A DNA stretch of 64,000 nt, from contig JAEUHK010000045.1 in assembly GCA_016795465.1 (NCBI GenBank), positions 39,785 to 103,784 on the forward strand, read 5' to 3'. Origin of the DNA: Verrucomicrobiaceae bacterium. Its GTDB lineage: Bacteria; Verrucomicrobiota; Verrucomicrobiia; Verrucomicrobiales; Verrucomicrobiaceae. Both the position numbers and the translations under genes were made by a program. Of the stretch, positions 19,219 through 31,619 are shown piece by piece. The notes under the pieces are model-generated. The model searched no databases. It saw only the letters and a program-made list of their open reading frames with translations, and was not told where the DNA came from. Numbering within the stretch: the stretch's first letter is position 1; each line of letters opens with the position of its first letter.

Positions 19219-20106
19219 TCAATGCGTGAGCGCGTAGAAGATGATGTTGATGCCCAGCGGGTAGGCGTATTTCTCGCTGAACTCGCGGAAGTACCACGGA
19301 TCGGTGCCCTCCTGCTCCCAGCCTTCGCCGGTGTCGGTGTTCCAGCAGATGACCATCATCAGGCGGCGCTTGTCATCGAAGACCCCGCGATAGTGGACGT
19401 GCTCGGAGCCGGGCTTGTCGAACTCATAGGTGATGCCCTGCTGGATGACATACTCGGCGAACCGGATGTGCGGGATTTGCGGCTTCACCTTGAGCGGGAA
19501 GACCATGTGGAAGATCTCGTGCTCGAGCGGGATCTCCTCAATCTTGCGGTCCGGCCAGATCTGCTTCAGCGCGATCTCGAAATTCTCCCAGGCATCGGTT
19601 CCCCAAAAATCATCCACCATGACGAAGCCGCCGTTGAGCATGTAATCGCGCATCGTCTTGGCCTCCTCGTCGGTGAGGCTGATGTTTCCCACCTCAATCA
19701 TGTAGAGGAAGGGATAGTGGCGGATTTGCTCGGGGTCGATGTCCACCACCGCGCCGTTCGGATTCACCTGCAGCGAGGTGAGCTGCTGGAGGCGGTAGGA
19801 CATGTTCAAATCGGAATCCGGATAGTCCGTGGACCACTGGCGACCACCGCGGCCCCAGCCACCGCGGCCGCCATAGGAGTTGTAGCGGATGCGGGCAAAG
19901 GTGAACACGTCATTCGGCAGCGATTTGCTGACCGGCCAGGTGGGATACTCGTTCCCATGCCCGCCACGGCGAAATTCACGCGGATCTTCCGGCAGCGAAC
20001 CATCCTGCACGCCGAATTGGCGCGGCTTACCACCTTCCGAAGGCTCCTGTGCCATCGCGACGACGAGCGACGCTGCGGCGAGGAGGAGGGCGAGGCGTTT
20101 CATCAT
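19219..20106 (-). CDS. DUF4159 domain protein, secreted
   Basis: FTFARIRY, WSTDYPDSD, YPFLY, GGFVMVDDFWG and LGINIIFYALTH. Confidence 0.85.
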   Translation of the reverse strand: MMKRLALLLAAASLVVAMAQEPSEGGKPRQFGVQDGSLPEDPREFRRGGHGNEYPTWPVSKSLPNDVFTFARIRYNSYGGRGGWGRGGRQWSTDYPDSDLNMSYRLQQLTSLQVNPNGAVVDIDPEQIRHYPFLYMIEVGNISLTDEEAKTMRDYMLNGGFVMVDDFWGTDAWENFEIALKQIWPDRKIEEIPLEHEIFHMVFPLKVKPQIPHIRFAEYVIQQGITYEFDKPGSEHVHYRGVFDDKRRLMMVICWNTDTGEGWEQEGTDPWYFREFSEKYAYPLGINIIFYALTH

Positions 20107-20192
20107 GGGCAGTGATGGCACAACGTGAACCGCACATCGCTCCTGTCATGCGAGTCTTGGCCTTCGCCTCAAATCATCTCCATTCTGGGAGA

Positions 20193-23436
<3,244 letters not shown>

Positions 23437-23439
23437 CGA

Positions 23440-24909
23440 TCACTCCCACGTCAGATCCGTGCCCTGCGGCAGCAGGCGGATGACGCGGGCGAGATCCCAA
23501 TTCGTTAAGCGGAAGCCTCCGATGCTCTCCTGTTTCATCATGTATCCCGGAATGCTGGTGCCATGCAGGCCGTAAGGCAGCGGCTTGGGATCGGTGACCT
23601 TGGCGAGATTGATCCACGCGATGCCCGCGGGGTTATTCGGGCCCGGAGCGAGCACGAGCGGAGTAGCAGAAGGTGCCGCGGGATCTCCCGTGCTGGTGAA
23701 ACGTGGATGTGGAATGATGTCGAGCACCTTCCAAGTGCCACGCCCACGCAGTCCCGGACGCGCCACGGAGATGGGCATGCTGGCGATGACTTCGTCACCA
23801 CGACGAATGACGAGACGCTTCAACTCGACGATGGTTGCTTTGACTGGCTTGGCAGGATCGGCGGCAGGCTGGATCGGAGCGGTGAGGCCGTTCTCGATCT
23901 CAAAAGGCTCCACATTCGGCACGAGGAAGGTAGTGCCGGGTGTGTTGGGTGATTTGATGCTCGGGTTGATGCGGCGCAAAAAGGCCTCAGAGGCATGAAA
24001 ACGCTCGGCGACGAATTCCCAGCCGCTACGGTAGGCAAGGAAGCCCTGCGAGGTGAGATCGGTCAACGTGACCGCTGGAGGTGTGGCCGCTTTTTTGCGA
24101 CTGCTCTCCTCGGGCACCGGAGAGATCCACCGGAGGTCATCAGGCCGCAGTTCATACTCCGTGTAAGCACCGCCGATGGCTTTCATCGCCTCCGATGGCT
24201 GACCATCCGGCGTGAAAAGCTGGCCGGGATGCGCTTTTTCATGTGCTTGGAAGGCTGCGTCGTAAACAGGCCCCGTGGTGCCGTCGATCGGGCCAATGGT
24301 GAAGCCCTGACGATCGAGAAACACCTGCGTCTGCACCAGAGCCGCGGCTCCCCATGCAGCACCCGGCAAGGCACGTTTGGGCTTTTTGGCGATCATTACG
24401 GTCGGCTGGATGGGGGCGGATGGCTTTGGCACATCGGCTGATGGATTGCCTTTCTCATCCTTCGGCGGTGGAGGCGGCAGCATGGCCTTGATATCCTCGA
24501 TGCCGGGAATGCGAATCACCTGCCCGATGCGGATGATGTCGTTTTTGAGCGAATTGAAGTTCTTGATGTGATCAACGGTCACCACGTAGCGCCGCGCGAT
24601 GACCGTGAGCGTCTCACCTTTCGCCACGGTGTGATCGAGTGCTTTCTCAGGCGCGGTGCGAGGCGCAGGCTTGGGAATCTCAGCCGCCTTGACCTCCGTT
24701 GCAGGCACACCCGGAGCTGGCGTGGCCGCGGCCATGGCCCATGCACCCGCGTCACCGGGCTCGATCTGCCATTTCCATTTCACTGCCTGCTCCAAGCCAG
24801 CTTCGACAGTGGCAGGCGGCGGCGGTGGAGCCGTCACATCCTGCGCACGCGTGGTGGCAAGAAGCAGCAGCGGGCAAAGCCGGAGCACGAAGGAAATTTT
24901 CACGACCAT
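23440..24909 (-). CDS. LysM and peptidoglycan-binding L,D-transpeptidase-fold protein (catalytic Cys absent)
   Basis: LysM HTVAKGETLTVIARRY, QVFLDRQGF..GPIDG and PGPNNPAG..YGLHGT. Has SIGGFRL in place of SHGCxR. Confidence 0.85.
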   Translation of the reverse strand: MVVKISFVLRLCPLLLLATTRAQDVTAPPPPPATVEAGLEQAVKWKWQIEPGDAGAWAMAAATPAPGVPATEVKAAEIPKPAPRTAPEKALDHTVAKGETLTVIARRYVVTVDHIKNFNSLKNDIIRIGQVIRIPGIEDIKAMLPPPPPKDEKGNPSADVPKPSAPIQPTVMIAKKPKRALPGAAWGAAALVQTQVFLDRQGFTIGPIDGTTGPVYDAAFQAHEKAHPGQLFTPDGQPSEAMKAIGGAYTEYELRPDDLRWISPVPEESSRKKAATPPAVTLTDLTSQGFLAYRSGWEFVAERFHASEAFLRRINPSIKSPNTPGTTFLVPNVEPFEIENGLTAPIQPAADPAKPVKATIVELKRLVIRRGDEVIASMPISVARPGLRGRGTWKVLDIIPHPRFTSTGDPAAPSATPLVLAPGPNNPAGIAWINLAKVTDPKPLPYGLHGTSIPGYMMKQESIGGFRLTNWDLARVIRLLPQGTDLTWE

Positions 24910-25001
24910 GCGCTCATTCAAGACGCAAACCTCGCGAGCACAAGCAGGCGTTGTGTCATACCTTCACGTTCTCCGGCTATGCCGGGCTGCGCAGCACAAT
25001 G

Positions 25002-26447
25002 CTACACCTGCTGCGGCACTTCGTAGCCTTTGCGATACTCGCGGGTGAGCAAGGCAAGAGCCTCGGGCGTGGCGGTGGCACCGGTGAAGGTTTCCTTCGC
25101 GGCGTCGATCTCCAGCATGGGGCCGATCTTGATGTCGAGCGTCGATGAATCGAGTTCGTTGCGCTTCAAATGCTCGTGGAAATCGCCGATAACGTCGTTC
25201 CAAGGCTGGAAATCCTTCACAGCGGCCTCCGCCTGCTCGCGGACATACTTCTGGCCGAGGCGGTAGGAGATGTTTGCGAGATGGCACCAGGCGCTGGAGA
25301 AATGGATGTCCTCGACTTCAGCCTTCAAATCGGTCGGTTTGCGGCTGCGGATGGCGTCGATGAAATTCGCCGCGTGGGTCTTGCCGCCATCGCCTTTGAA
25401 GGTGTGGATCTTTTTGCCCGCCGGATCGAAGACGGAGCCGCCACCGCGGCTGCCGGTGTAGTAGCCGTTCTCGCACTCGATGATGAGGAAGGAGCCCGTG
25501 CGACGGCGGATGTACACGTCTGGGGCATTCACACCCTTCATGCGCGGCAGGTTGTGGAAATCGACGATCACCGGGATGTCGCCCGTGTCCATGTAGGCAA
25601 AGTGCGTGTTCGGCGTCTCGCCCGCGTCATTCCATCCGAAGCGTCCACCGCCGGCGATGACACGCTTGGGCAGCTTCACCTTGTCGCGGAAGACCACGTT
25701 GCGCAGGTCGTCGAGGATGTGCGGGCCCCAGTTGCCCATTTCGCCGTTGCCGGTGTTCCAGTCCCAATGCCAGTCGTAGTGGAACTTCTCGCGGAAGAGC
25801 TGCTCGTCCGCGGCCGGGCCGAGCCAGAGGTCGTAGTTCACCGTCGGTGGAGGCGTAAGCGGCGTGTCACGCTTCCCGATGGTCTTGCGCATGCTGTAGT
25901 GATTGCAGCGCACATACTTGATCTTGCCGAGCGTCCCGGCGTCGAAGTAAGCCTTGATCTCGTCCTGCATCGGATCGCTGCGCTGCTGCGTGCCGCCCTG
26001 GCAGATGCGGCCGTATTTGCGGGCGGCCTCGACGAGCTTGCGGCCTTCCCAGATGTTATGCGACACGGGCTTTTCGACATACACGTCCTTGCCGGACTGC
26101 ATGGCCCAAATCGCGGCCAGCACATGCCAGTGATTGCCGGTGGAGACGACAACGGCGTCGATGGTCTTGTCCTCCATCACCTTGCGCAGGTCCTGCGTGG
26201 TGGCGGCGTTCGGGAAGAGCTTTTTGACCTTTTCGAGCTGCGCCGTGTCCGGATCGCACAGCATTACCACCTCCACGCCGGGCACTTTGGCCATGCGTCC
26301 GGCATTGCCGGTTCCCTGGCCGCCGAGGCCGATGCTGGCGATGCGGATTTTCTCATTCGCCCCGAGCACGCGGCTGGCGGACAGCGCGGTGAAGGCGAGG
26401 GCGGATTGCGTGATGAAGGCGCGACGGGAGGTCAGGTTGGGGTTCAT
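25002..26447 (-). CDS. Tat-exported Gfo/Idh/MocA oxidoreductase
   Basis: SRRAFI Tat motif, GKDVYVEKPVSH and YDLWLGPA. Confidence 0.92.
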   Translation of the reverse strand: MNPNLTSRRAFITQSALAFTALSASRVLGANEKIRIASIGLGGQGTGNAGRMAKVPGVEVVMLCDPDTAQLEKVKKLFPNAATTQDLRKVMEDKTIDAVVVSTGNHWHVLAAIWAMQSGKDVYVEKPVSHNIWEGRKLVEAARKYGRICQGGTQQRSDPMQDEIKAYFDAGTLGKIKYVRCNHYSMRKTIGKRDTPLTPPPTVNYDLWLGPAADEQLFREKFHYDWHWDWNTGNGEMGNWGPHILDDLRNVVFRDKVKLPKRVIAGGGRFGWNDAGETPNTHFAYMDTGDIPVIVDFHNLPRMKGVNAPDVYIRRRTGSFLIIECENGYYTGSRGGGSVFDPAGKKIHTFKGDGGKTHAANFIDAIRSRKPTDLKAEVEDIHFSSAWCHLANISYRLGQKYVREQAEAAVKDFQPWNDVIGDFHEHLKRNELDSSTLDIKIGPMLEIDAAKETFTGATATPEALALLTREYRKGYEVPQQV

Positions 26448-26581
26448 GGCGGAAAAACGCCTCGTTTTGCCAAAAATCGCGGCCGAATGCAATGCCTGCT
26501 CTCGCGGCGCCGTGGAATTCTTCGCGCACATTCCACCTTGCAGGCCACCCGGCCGGGAAGGCAAGATCGCGCACCTTCCTC

Positions 26582-27025
26582 ATGAGCTTCTTCGAATGGT
26601 TTGGTGAATCTTTTGACCCCGGTCCTTCCGGCGAGACACAGTTTGGCCCTCGCGACCGCGGCCGTCGCTCACGTGCCGATGTGCTGATCCGCTCCGGCAT
26701 CAGCCTGAGCATGCTCGGCGGCGTGGGCTACCTGATGTTTCAGGAGATGGGCATCAAGGACTGGACCGTTTACCGCAACACCGCGGTCGGCATCTTTTTC
26801 TACTCGTTCGTGGCCTACTTCGTCCACCCGGAGCCGGACACGTCCAACATGGGCTGGCTCGGTGGCTTGATGGATCATCCGTTCCGCTACACGGACGATG
26901 TGAACCGCTTTATGCTGTTCCTGCTGATCTTCTTGCTGCCGGGCCGATTCCTTTCGGAGTCATTTGTCGATCTGATCCGCCTCATCCGGCACGCGGGACA
27001 CAGATCGCCATCACAAGGCTCCTGA
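26582..27025 (+). CDS. Hypothetical membrane protein
   Basis: Three hydrophobic segments and a PEPDTSNMGWLGGLMDHPF segment. Confidence 0.7.
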   Translation: MSFFEWFGESFDPGPSGETQFGPRDRGRRSRADVLIRSGISLSMLGGVGYLMFQEMGIKDWTVYRNTAVGIFFYSFVAYFVHPEPDTSNMGWLGGLMDHPFRYTDDVNRFMLFLLIFLLPGRFLSESFVDLIRLIRHAGHRSPSQGS

Positions 27026-27089
27026 ACTCTCCTTTTGCAATCGGCGGCAGGCTCGCCACGGACTAGGCAGCCCCTTTTTCCAGACCACC

Positions 27090-27455
27090 ATGCGAGCCCG
27101 CATCATCAAAGAATTCCGTTTCGAGGCAGCACAGACGCTGCCCACCCTGCCCAGCACGCACAAGTGCACGAAGATGCACGGACACAGCTTCAAAGTGGAG
27201 ATCGTCATCGAGGGCGAGGTGGACCCGGCGATCGGATGGGTCTATGACCACGCCGAGATCTCGAAAGCCATGAAGCCCCTGCTCGACCTGCTCGATCACA
27301 ACTACCTCAATGAGATCCCGGGCCTCGAAGTGCCCACCATCGAGTACATGGCCGGCTGGCTTTGGAAGAAGCTCGCCCCCCAGCTCCCCGGCCTGTGCGA
27401 AATCGTGATTCATGAGACCCCGAGTGCCCGCTGCGTCTTCCGCGGCGAGTTTTAA
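27090..27455 (+). CDS. queD: 6-carboxytetrahydropterin synthase
   Basis: KEFRFEAA, HKCTKMHGHSF, LDHNYLN, PTIE and HETP. Confidence 0.92.
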   Translation: MRARIIKEFRFEAAQTLPTLPSTHKCTKMHGHSFKVEIVIEGEVDPAIGWVYDHAEISKAMKPLLDLLDHNYLNEIPGLEVPTIEYMAGWLWKKLAPQLPGLCEIVIHETPSARCVFRGEF

Positions 27456-27479
27456 CCCGACAACCCACCGCCCCACCCC

Positions 27480-28208
27480 GTGGAAGACTCCGACTACAAG
27501 GTACAGCTCGAAATCTTCGAGGGCCCCCTCGATCTCCTGCTCTATCTCATCAAGAAGGATGAGATCGACGTCTATGACGTGTCCCTTGAGCGCATCACGA
27601 GGCAGTATCTCGACTACATCGATACCTTCAAGATGCTCAACATCGAGCTGGCCAGCGAGTTCATCGTCATGGCGGCCAACCTGATGTACATCAAAAGCCG
27701 CGAGCTCCTGCCCAAGGACGTGCAGCCGCCCGATGAGGAGGCCGATGAGGACGATCCACGCTGGGAGCTGATCCGCCAGCTCGTCGAATACAAGAAGTTC
27801 AAGGAGGCCGCCAGCTTCCTCGGTGTGCAGGAAGTGAAGAGCGACGAGTTCTTCGCCACCACACCGGAGCTTCCGGACCTCGATGCCCCCGTCGTCGGCA
27901 TCGGCCAGGTGGGCATCTTTGACCTCATCCGCGCCTTCCAGCGCATTCTGAAGCGCTTTGAGAACGCCTCCGACTTCCGCGAGATCGTCAACGACCGCTT
28001 CACTGTGGCCGACAAGATCGAGGAACTCCTCAACGTCGTCCCCATCGGCGGCCGCGTCCGTTTTGAAGAGCTCTTCAACAGCGCCTCCAGCCGCGGCGAG
28101 GTCATCATCACCTTCCTCGCCATGCTCGAGCTCATCAAGCTCAACCACCTCCAAGTCGAGCAAGAGCAACTGCTCGGCGACATCGTCATCGTGCGGCCGC
28201 AGCTTTGA
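27480..28208 (+). CDS. scpA: Segregation and condensation protein A (kleisin)
   Basis: FEGPLDLLLYLI, ASEFIVMAA, IKSRELLP and TFLAMLELIK. Confidence 0.95.
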   Translation: MEDSDYKVQLEIFEGPLDLLLYLIKKDEIDVYDVSLERITRQYLDYIDTFKMLNIELASEFIVMAANLMYIKSRELLPKDVQPPDEEADEDDPRWELIRQLVEYKKFKEAASFLGVQEVKSDEFFATTPELPDLDAPVVGIGQVGIFDLIRAFQRILKRFENASDFREIVNDRFTVADKIEELLNVVPIGGRVRFEELFNSASSRGEVIITFLAMLELIKLNHLQVEQEQLLGDIVIVRPQL

Positions 28209-28287
28209 GGCTGCAACCCGTCCGAGAAGCTTGAGACTCGCGTCACGAGCCAGTTGTGCGTCCACGCAGGCTCGTTACCCTCTGCGC

Positions 28288-29619
28288 ATGAATCCCCCCG
28301 GCCTCGACGATCTCCTCACCTGCCTGCGTTTTCCTTCTGTTTCGACCGATTCCACCCGCCGCGATGATGTGCGGGCCTGCGCTGAATGGCTTCAGGCAAA
28401 ACTCCGCGGCATGGGCCTCACCGCGAACCTGCACGAGACGCCGGGACATCCGATTTTGCTGGCCAAAAACAAGCACCTGCCTGGTCGCCGCACCGTCCTG
28501 CTCTATGGACATTACGACGTTCAGCCTGCCGAGCCTCTCAACGAGTGGAAGTCTCCGGCCTTTGAGCCCACCATTCGGGATGGACGCATCTACTGCCGCG
28601 GAGCCACGGACAACAAAGGCCAGCTCATGGCCCATGTACAAGGTTTGGCAGAAACACTCGCGAAGCATGCAGACCTGCCCGTGAATCTCATCGTGCTCTT
28701 CGAGGGTGAAGAAGAGATCGGCAGCCCGAATTTAAGGCCGTTTTTGCAACAGCATGCCGCTGAATTGAAATGCGACCTCGTCGCGATTTCAGACACCGGC
28801 ATGGTCGCTCCCGGCATTGGCACCTTCACTTACGGTTTGCGGGGCATCGCCTGCCTCGAAGCCCGCGTTCACGGCCCGTCTATTGATCTGCACAGCGGCA
28901 TTTTTGGCGGAGCCATTGCGAATCCGGTCACCGCGGTGGCACGTCTCACTGCGACACTGCACGACGCCGAGGGACGAGTGGCTGTGAAGGGCTTTTACGA
29001 GGGTGTGCGTGACATCCAGCCGTGGGAACGCGAGGCATGGGCCGCGCTTGGCGATGGCGATGCGGAGATGCTCTCACTCACTGGTTCTCCTTCGCTTTTT
29101 GGCGAGCCGGGCTACACCGAGCGCGAACGTCGCTGGGCTCGCCCCACCATTGAGGTCAATGGCATCGGCGGAGGCTATCAAGGCGAAGGATCCAAGACGG
29201 TCATCGGTCGCGAGGCCTTTGTGAAGCTCTCCTGCCGCCTTGTTCCCGATCAGAATCCTGACCGCATCCTCGGCCTCGTCGCCGATCATCTAAAAGCGCA
29301 CACGCCTCCAGGTGTGCGGCTTGAGATCAAACTGGGCCACACGGGCATGCCTTACCTCATGGACCCGCATTCAAGCATCGGCCAGGCAGCGCAGCGAGCC
29401 CTGCAAAAGGCCTTCCCCGGTCAAAAACTCGCGCTCATCCGCGAAGGCGGCAGCATCCCGATCGTGCAGGCGTTCAAAGACGTGCTCGGCGTGGACACCT
29501 TGTTGCTTGGGCTGGCTTTGCCCGACTGTCAGGCGCACGCGCCGAATGAAAACTTCCCCATCGAAAACTTCGAGGCAGGCGTGCGGCTGAATCAAGCTCT
29601 GCTCGCCGAGCTCGCGTGA
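28288..29619 (+). CDS. M20-family dipeptidase
   Basis: YGHYDVQP, RGATDNKG, EGEEEIGS, DLHSG and AHAPNE. Confidence 0.93.
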   Translation: MNPPGLDDLLTCLRFPSVSTDSTRRDDVRACAEWLQAKLRGMGLTANLHETPGHPILLAKNKHLPGRRTVLLYGHYDVQPAEPLNEWKSPAFEPTIRDGRIYCRGATDNKGQLMAHVQGLAETLAKHADLPVNLIVLFEGEEEIGSPNLRPFLQQHAAELKCDLVAISDTGMVAPGIGTFTYGLRGIACLEARVHGPSIDLHSGIFGGAIANPVTAVARLTATLHDAEGRVAVKGFYEGVRDIQPWEREAWAALGDGDAEMLSLTGSPSLFGEPGYTERERRWARPTIEVNGIGGGYQGEGSKTVIGREAFVKLSCRLVPDQNPDRILGLVADHLKAHTPPGVRLEIKLGHTGMPYLMDPHSSIGQAAQRALQKAFPGQKLALIREGGSIPIVQAFKDVLGVDTLLLGLALPDCQAHAPNENFPIENFEAGVRLNQALLAELA

Positions 29620-29755
29620 GTTCGTCTGGCGGCGCACTGTCCCAAACTGCCCTCAGCACTGTCTTTTCCCGCTCTTTCAGCGCGACGGCACTTTCCGTGG
29701 AATTTCACGCTTGCCGCTCAAGGGCCGATTTCATAGCCTCGCGGTGCTTTTTCCC

Positions 29756-31069
29756 ATGAAAACACCAACCGCACTCCTCGCAGCCTTGGCGCTGCCCCTC
29801 GCCCTCCCGGCGCAAACCATCCAGCCCGGCGGCAAATCCGATGTCGCCATCGCCCTCGTGAAGGTCGCCGGTGACCTCGTCGATCCCGTCGCCGTCGCCG
29901 GTGCTCCCGATGGCAGCGGCCGCCTCTTCGTTTGCGAACGTCCGGGCGTCATCCAGATCATCAAAGACGGCAAAAAGAACAAGAAGCCCTTCCTCGACAT
30001 CAAGGACAAGACCATCAGCTCCTTCCTCGAGCTCGGTCTCTTCAGCGTGGCCTTCCATCCGAAGTTCAAAGAGAACGGCCGCATCTTCTTCTGCTACTCC
30101 GATTTGTGGTTCAACGGCGCGTCCATGATCGCCGAGGTCAAAGCGAAGAAGAACAAGCCCGATGAGGCCGACATGGACAGCATCAAGGTGCTCATGCAGC
30201 TCGACTTCCCCTACTGCAATCACCACGGCGGCCAGATCGCCTTTGGTCCCGATGGCTATCTCTACATCGGCGTCGGTGATGGCGGCTGGGAGGGCGATGT
30301 CATCAGCGCCGGCCAGGATCTCCACACCCACATGGGCAAGATGCTCCGCATCGACGTGGACAACTCCACGCCTGATCGCAACTACAGCGTGCCGAAGGAC
30401 AATCCCTTCCTCACCCTGCCGCAGCAGATGACCCTCTTCGGCGTCACCGAACTCGCCTTCTCGAAGATTCATCCCAAAGCGAAACCCGAAATCTGGGCCT
30501 ACGGCCTGCGCAATCCCTGGACCTTCAGCTTTGACTCGAAGACCGGCGACCTCTGGATCGCTGACATCGGACAGAATCACTGGGAAGAGATCAACATGCA
30601 GCCCGCCGGCAGCAAAGGCGGCGAGAACTACGGCTGGAAGTTCATGTGCGGCTCCCACACCTTCCCGCTCGAAACCGAGAAGGACAATCCTCTTGTCGGC
30701 GTGCTTCCCGTCGCTGAATACAGCCACGTCGATCAAGGCATCTGCGTCATCAACATCGGCGTCAGCCGCAGCAAGGCCAACCCGAGCCTCGAAGGCACCT
30801 ACTTCTGCGCCGACTGGGGCAGCGGCAAAATCTGGAGCATCAAAAAAGGCGGCGCTGGCTATGAAATGAAGGAGTGCCTCGACCTCGACACCCCGCTGCG
30901 CCCCACCGGCAGCGGCTTCGATGCCGAAGGCAATCTTTACCTCACCCACGCCACTGCGAACTACGGCGGCCCCGTCGATCCCTACACCAGCGAACGCGGC
31001 GCGCTCTGGAAGCTCGTTCCCGCCGACAAAGTCCCCGCCGGCGCTGAAACCGCGCCGCTGCAGAAATAG
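29756..31069 (+). CDS. PQQ-dependent sugar dehydrogenase (glucose/sorbosone DH family), secreted
   Basis: Signal peptide, AFHPKF, NHHGGQIAFGPDGYLYIGVGDGG, GKMLRIDVD and WAYGLRNPW. Confidence 0.9.
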   Translation: MKTPTALLAALALPLALPAQTIQPGGKSDVAIALVKVAGDLVDPVAVAGAPDGSGRLFVCERPGVIQIIKDGKKNKKPFLDIKDKTISSFLELGLFSVAFHPKFKENGRIFFCYSDLWFNGASMIAEVKAKKNKPDEADMDSIKVLMQLDFPYCNHHGGQIAFGPDGYLYIGVGDGGWEGDVISAGQDLHTHMGKMLRIDVDNSTPDRNYSVPKDNPFLTLPQQMTLFGVTELAFSKIHPKAKPEIWAYGLRNPWTFSFDSKTGDLWIADIGQNHWEEINMQPAGSKGGENYGWKFMCGSHTFPLETEKDNPLVGVLPVAEYSHVDQGICVINIGVSRSKANPSLEGTYFCADWGSGKIWSIKKGGAGYEMKECLDLDTPLRPTGSGFDAEGNLYLTHATANYGGPVDPYTSERGALWKLVPADKVPAGAETAPLQK

Positions 31070-31091
31070 ACCAGCCATTCAGAAAGCTCAC

Positions 31092-31133
31092 CGAAGGGTC
31101 AAGGAGGTCATTGCATACCTTCTTGGCCCTTCG
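31092..31133. terminator. Long stem-loop downstream of the dehydrogenase gene (possible terminator)
   Basis: CGAAGGGTCAAGGAGGT-cattgcat-ACCTTCTTGGCCCTTCG gives a 17-bp stem with 2 wobbles. No clear U-tract. Confidence 0.5.
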
Positions 31134-31155
31134 ACATTCAGGACGCGCCGTTTCC

Positions 31156-31197
31156 ATGATCTTCCTCTCCCCAGCGCTGATCTCCGCCCTGCCGCTC
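31156..31197 (+). pseudogene. Degenerate duplicate of the first 14 codons of the BatA-domain gene
   Basis: 36/42 nt identical to 31619-31660 (MIFLSPALISALPL vs MTFLVPALLFALPL). Confidence 0.7.
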
Positions 31198-31228
31198 TTT
31201 TCTTCGCGGTGGACGCCCAAACATGACG

Positions 31229-31296
31229 CACGCAAAGGCGCAAAGGCGCGAAGGTTCCCAACCCCTCTGATCTTTGCGCCTTTGCGCCTTTGCGTG
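31229..31296. repeat. Inverted array of tandem octamers (GCGCAAAG), MITE-like hairpin
   Basis: CACGCAAAGGCGCAAAGGCGCGAAG, an 18-nt loop, then CTTTGCGCCTTTGCGCCTTTGCGTG. Confidence 0.85.
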
Positions 31297-31370
31297 AGAC
31301 TTTTTCCGTTTGCTGACGACCCTAGACATACTGTCGGTGGCAAGACGCCACTACTTGAGAAAGGAGACTG

Positions 31371-31619
31371 GTGATGGGCCAGGATGGTTTAGCAAAGGCC
31401 TCGCCAACACCGCTGGTGTCTATCGCCTCAGGGCTGGCGTTGACAGCCGGCGTCACGGGCTTGATCAGCGCCTACTTCCAGGCACAACAAGCGCTCAACG
31501 CGACCTTCTGGCTGCGACTCCTGATGGGAGCCGGTTTCTTGTTCTCCGGCATTCTTCAAGTGGCTGGCCGCATCCGCAGAAATCGAAAAATCAAAGCCTT
31601 GAGGCTTATTCATCACTAA
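31371..31619 (+). CDS. Small two-TM hypothetical protein
   Basis: AAGGAG just upstream. Two hydrophobic helices and a basic tail. Its TAA overlaps the next ATG (TAATG). Confidence 0.55.
   Translation: MMGQDGLAKASPTPLVSIASGLALTAGVTGLISAYFQAQQALNATFWLRLLMGAGFLFSGILQVAGRIRRNRKIKALRLIHH

Noticed and set aside
27026-27089. preQ1 riboswitch upstream of queD
   Set aside because: No recognisable preQ1 aptamer stem or A-rich tail in the short spacer.
31310-31618. N-terminal extension of the BatA-domain ORF (759 aa)
   Set aside because: The BatA signature is N-terminal and begins at the ATG at 31619. The region is better explained by the 82-aa ORF in another frame.
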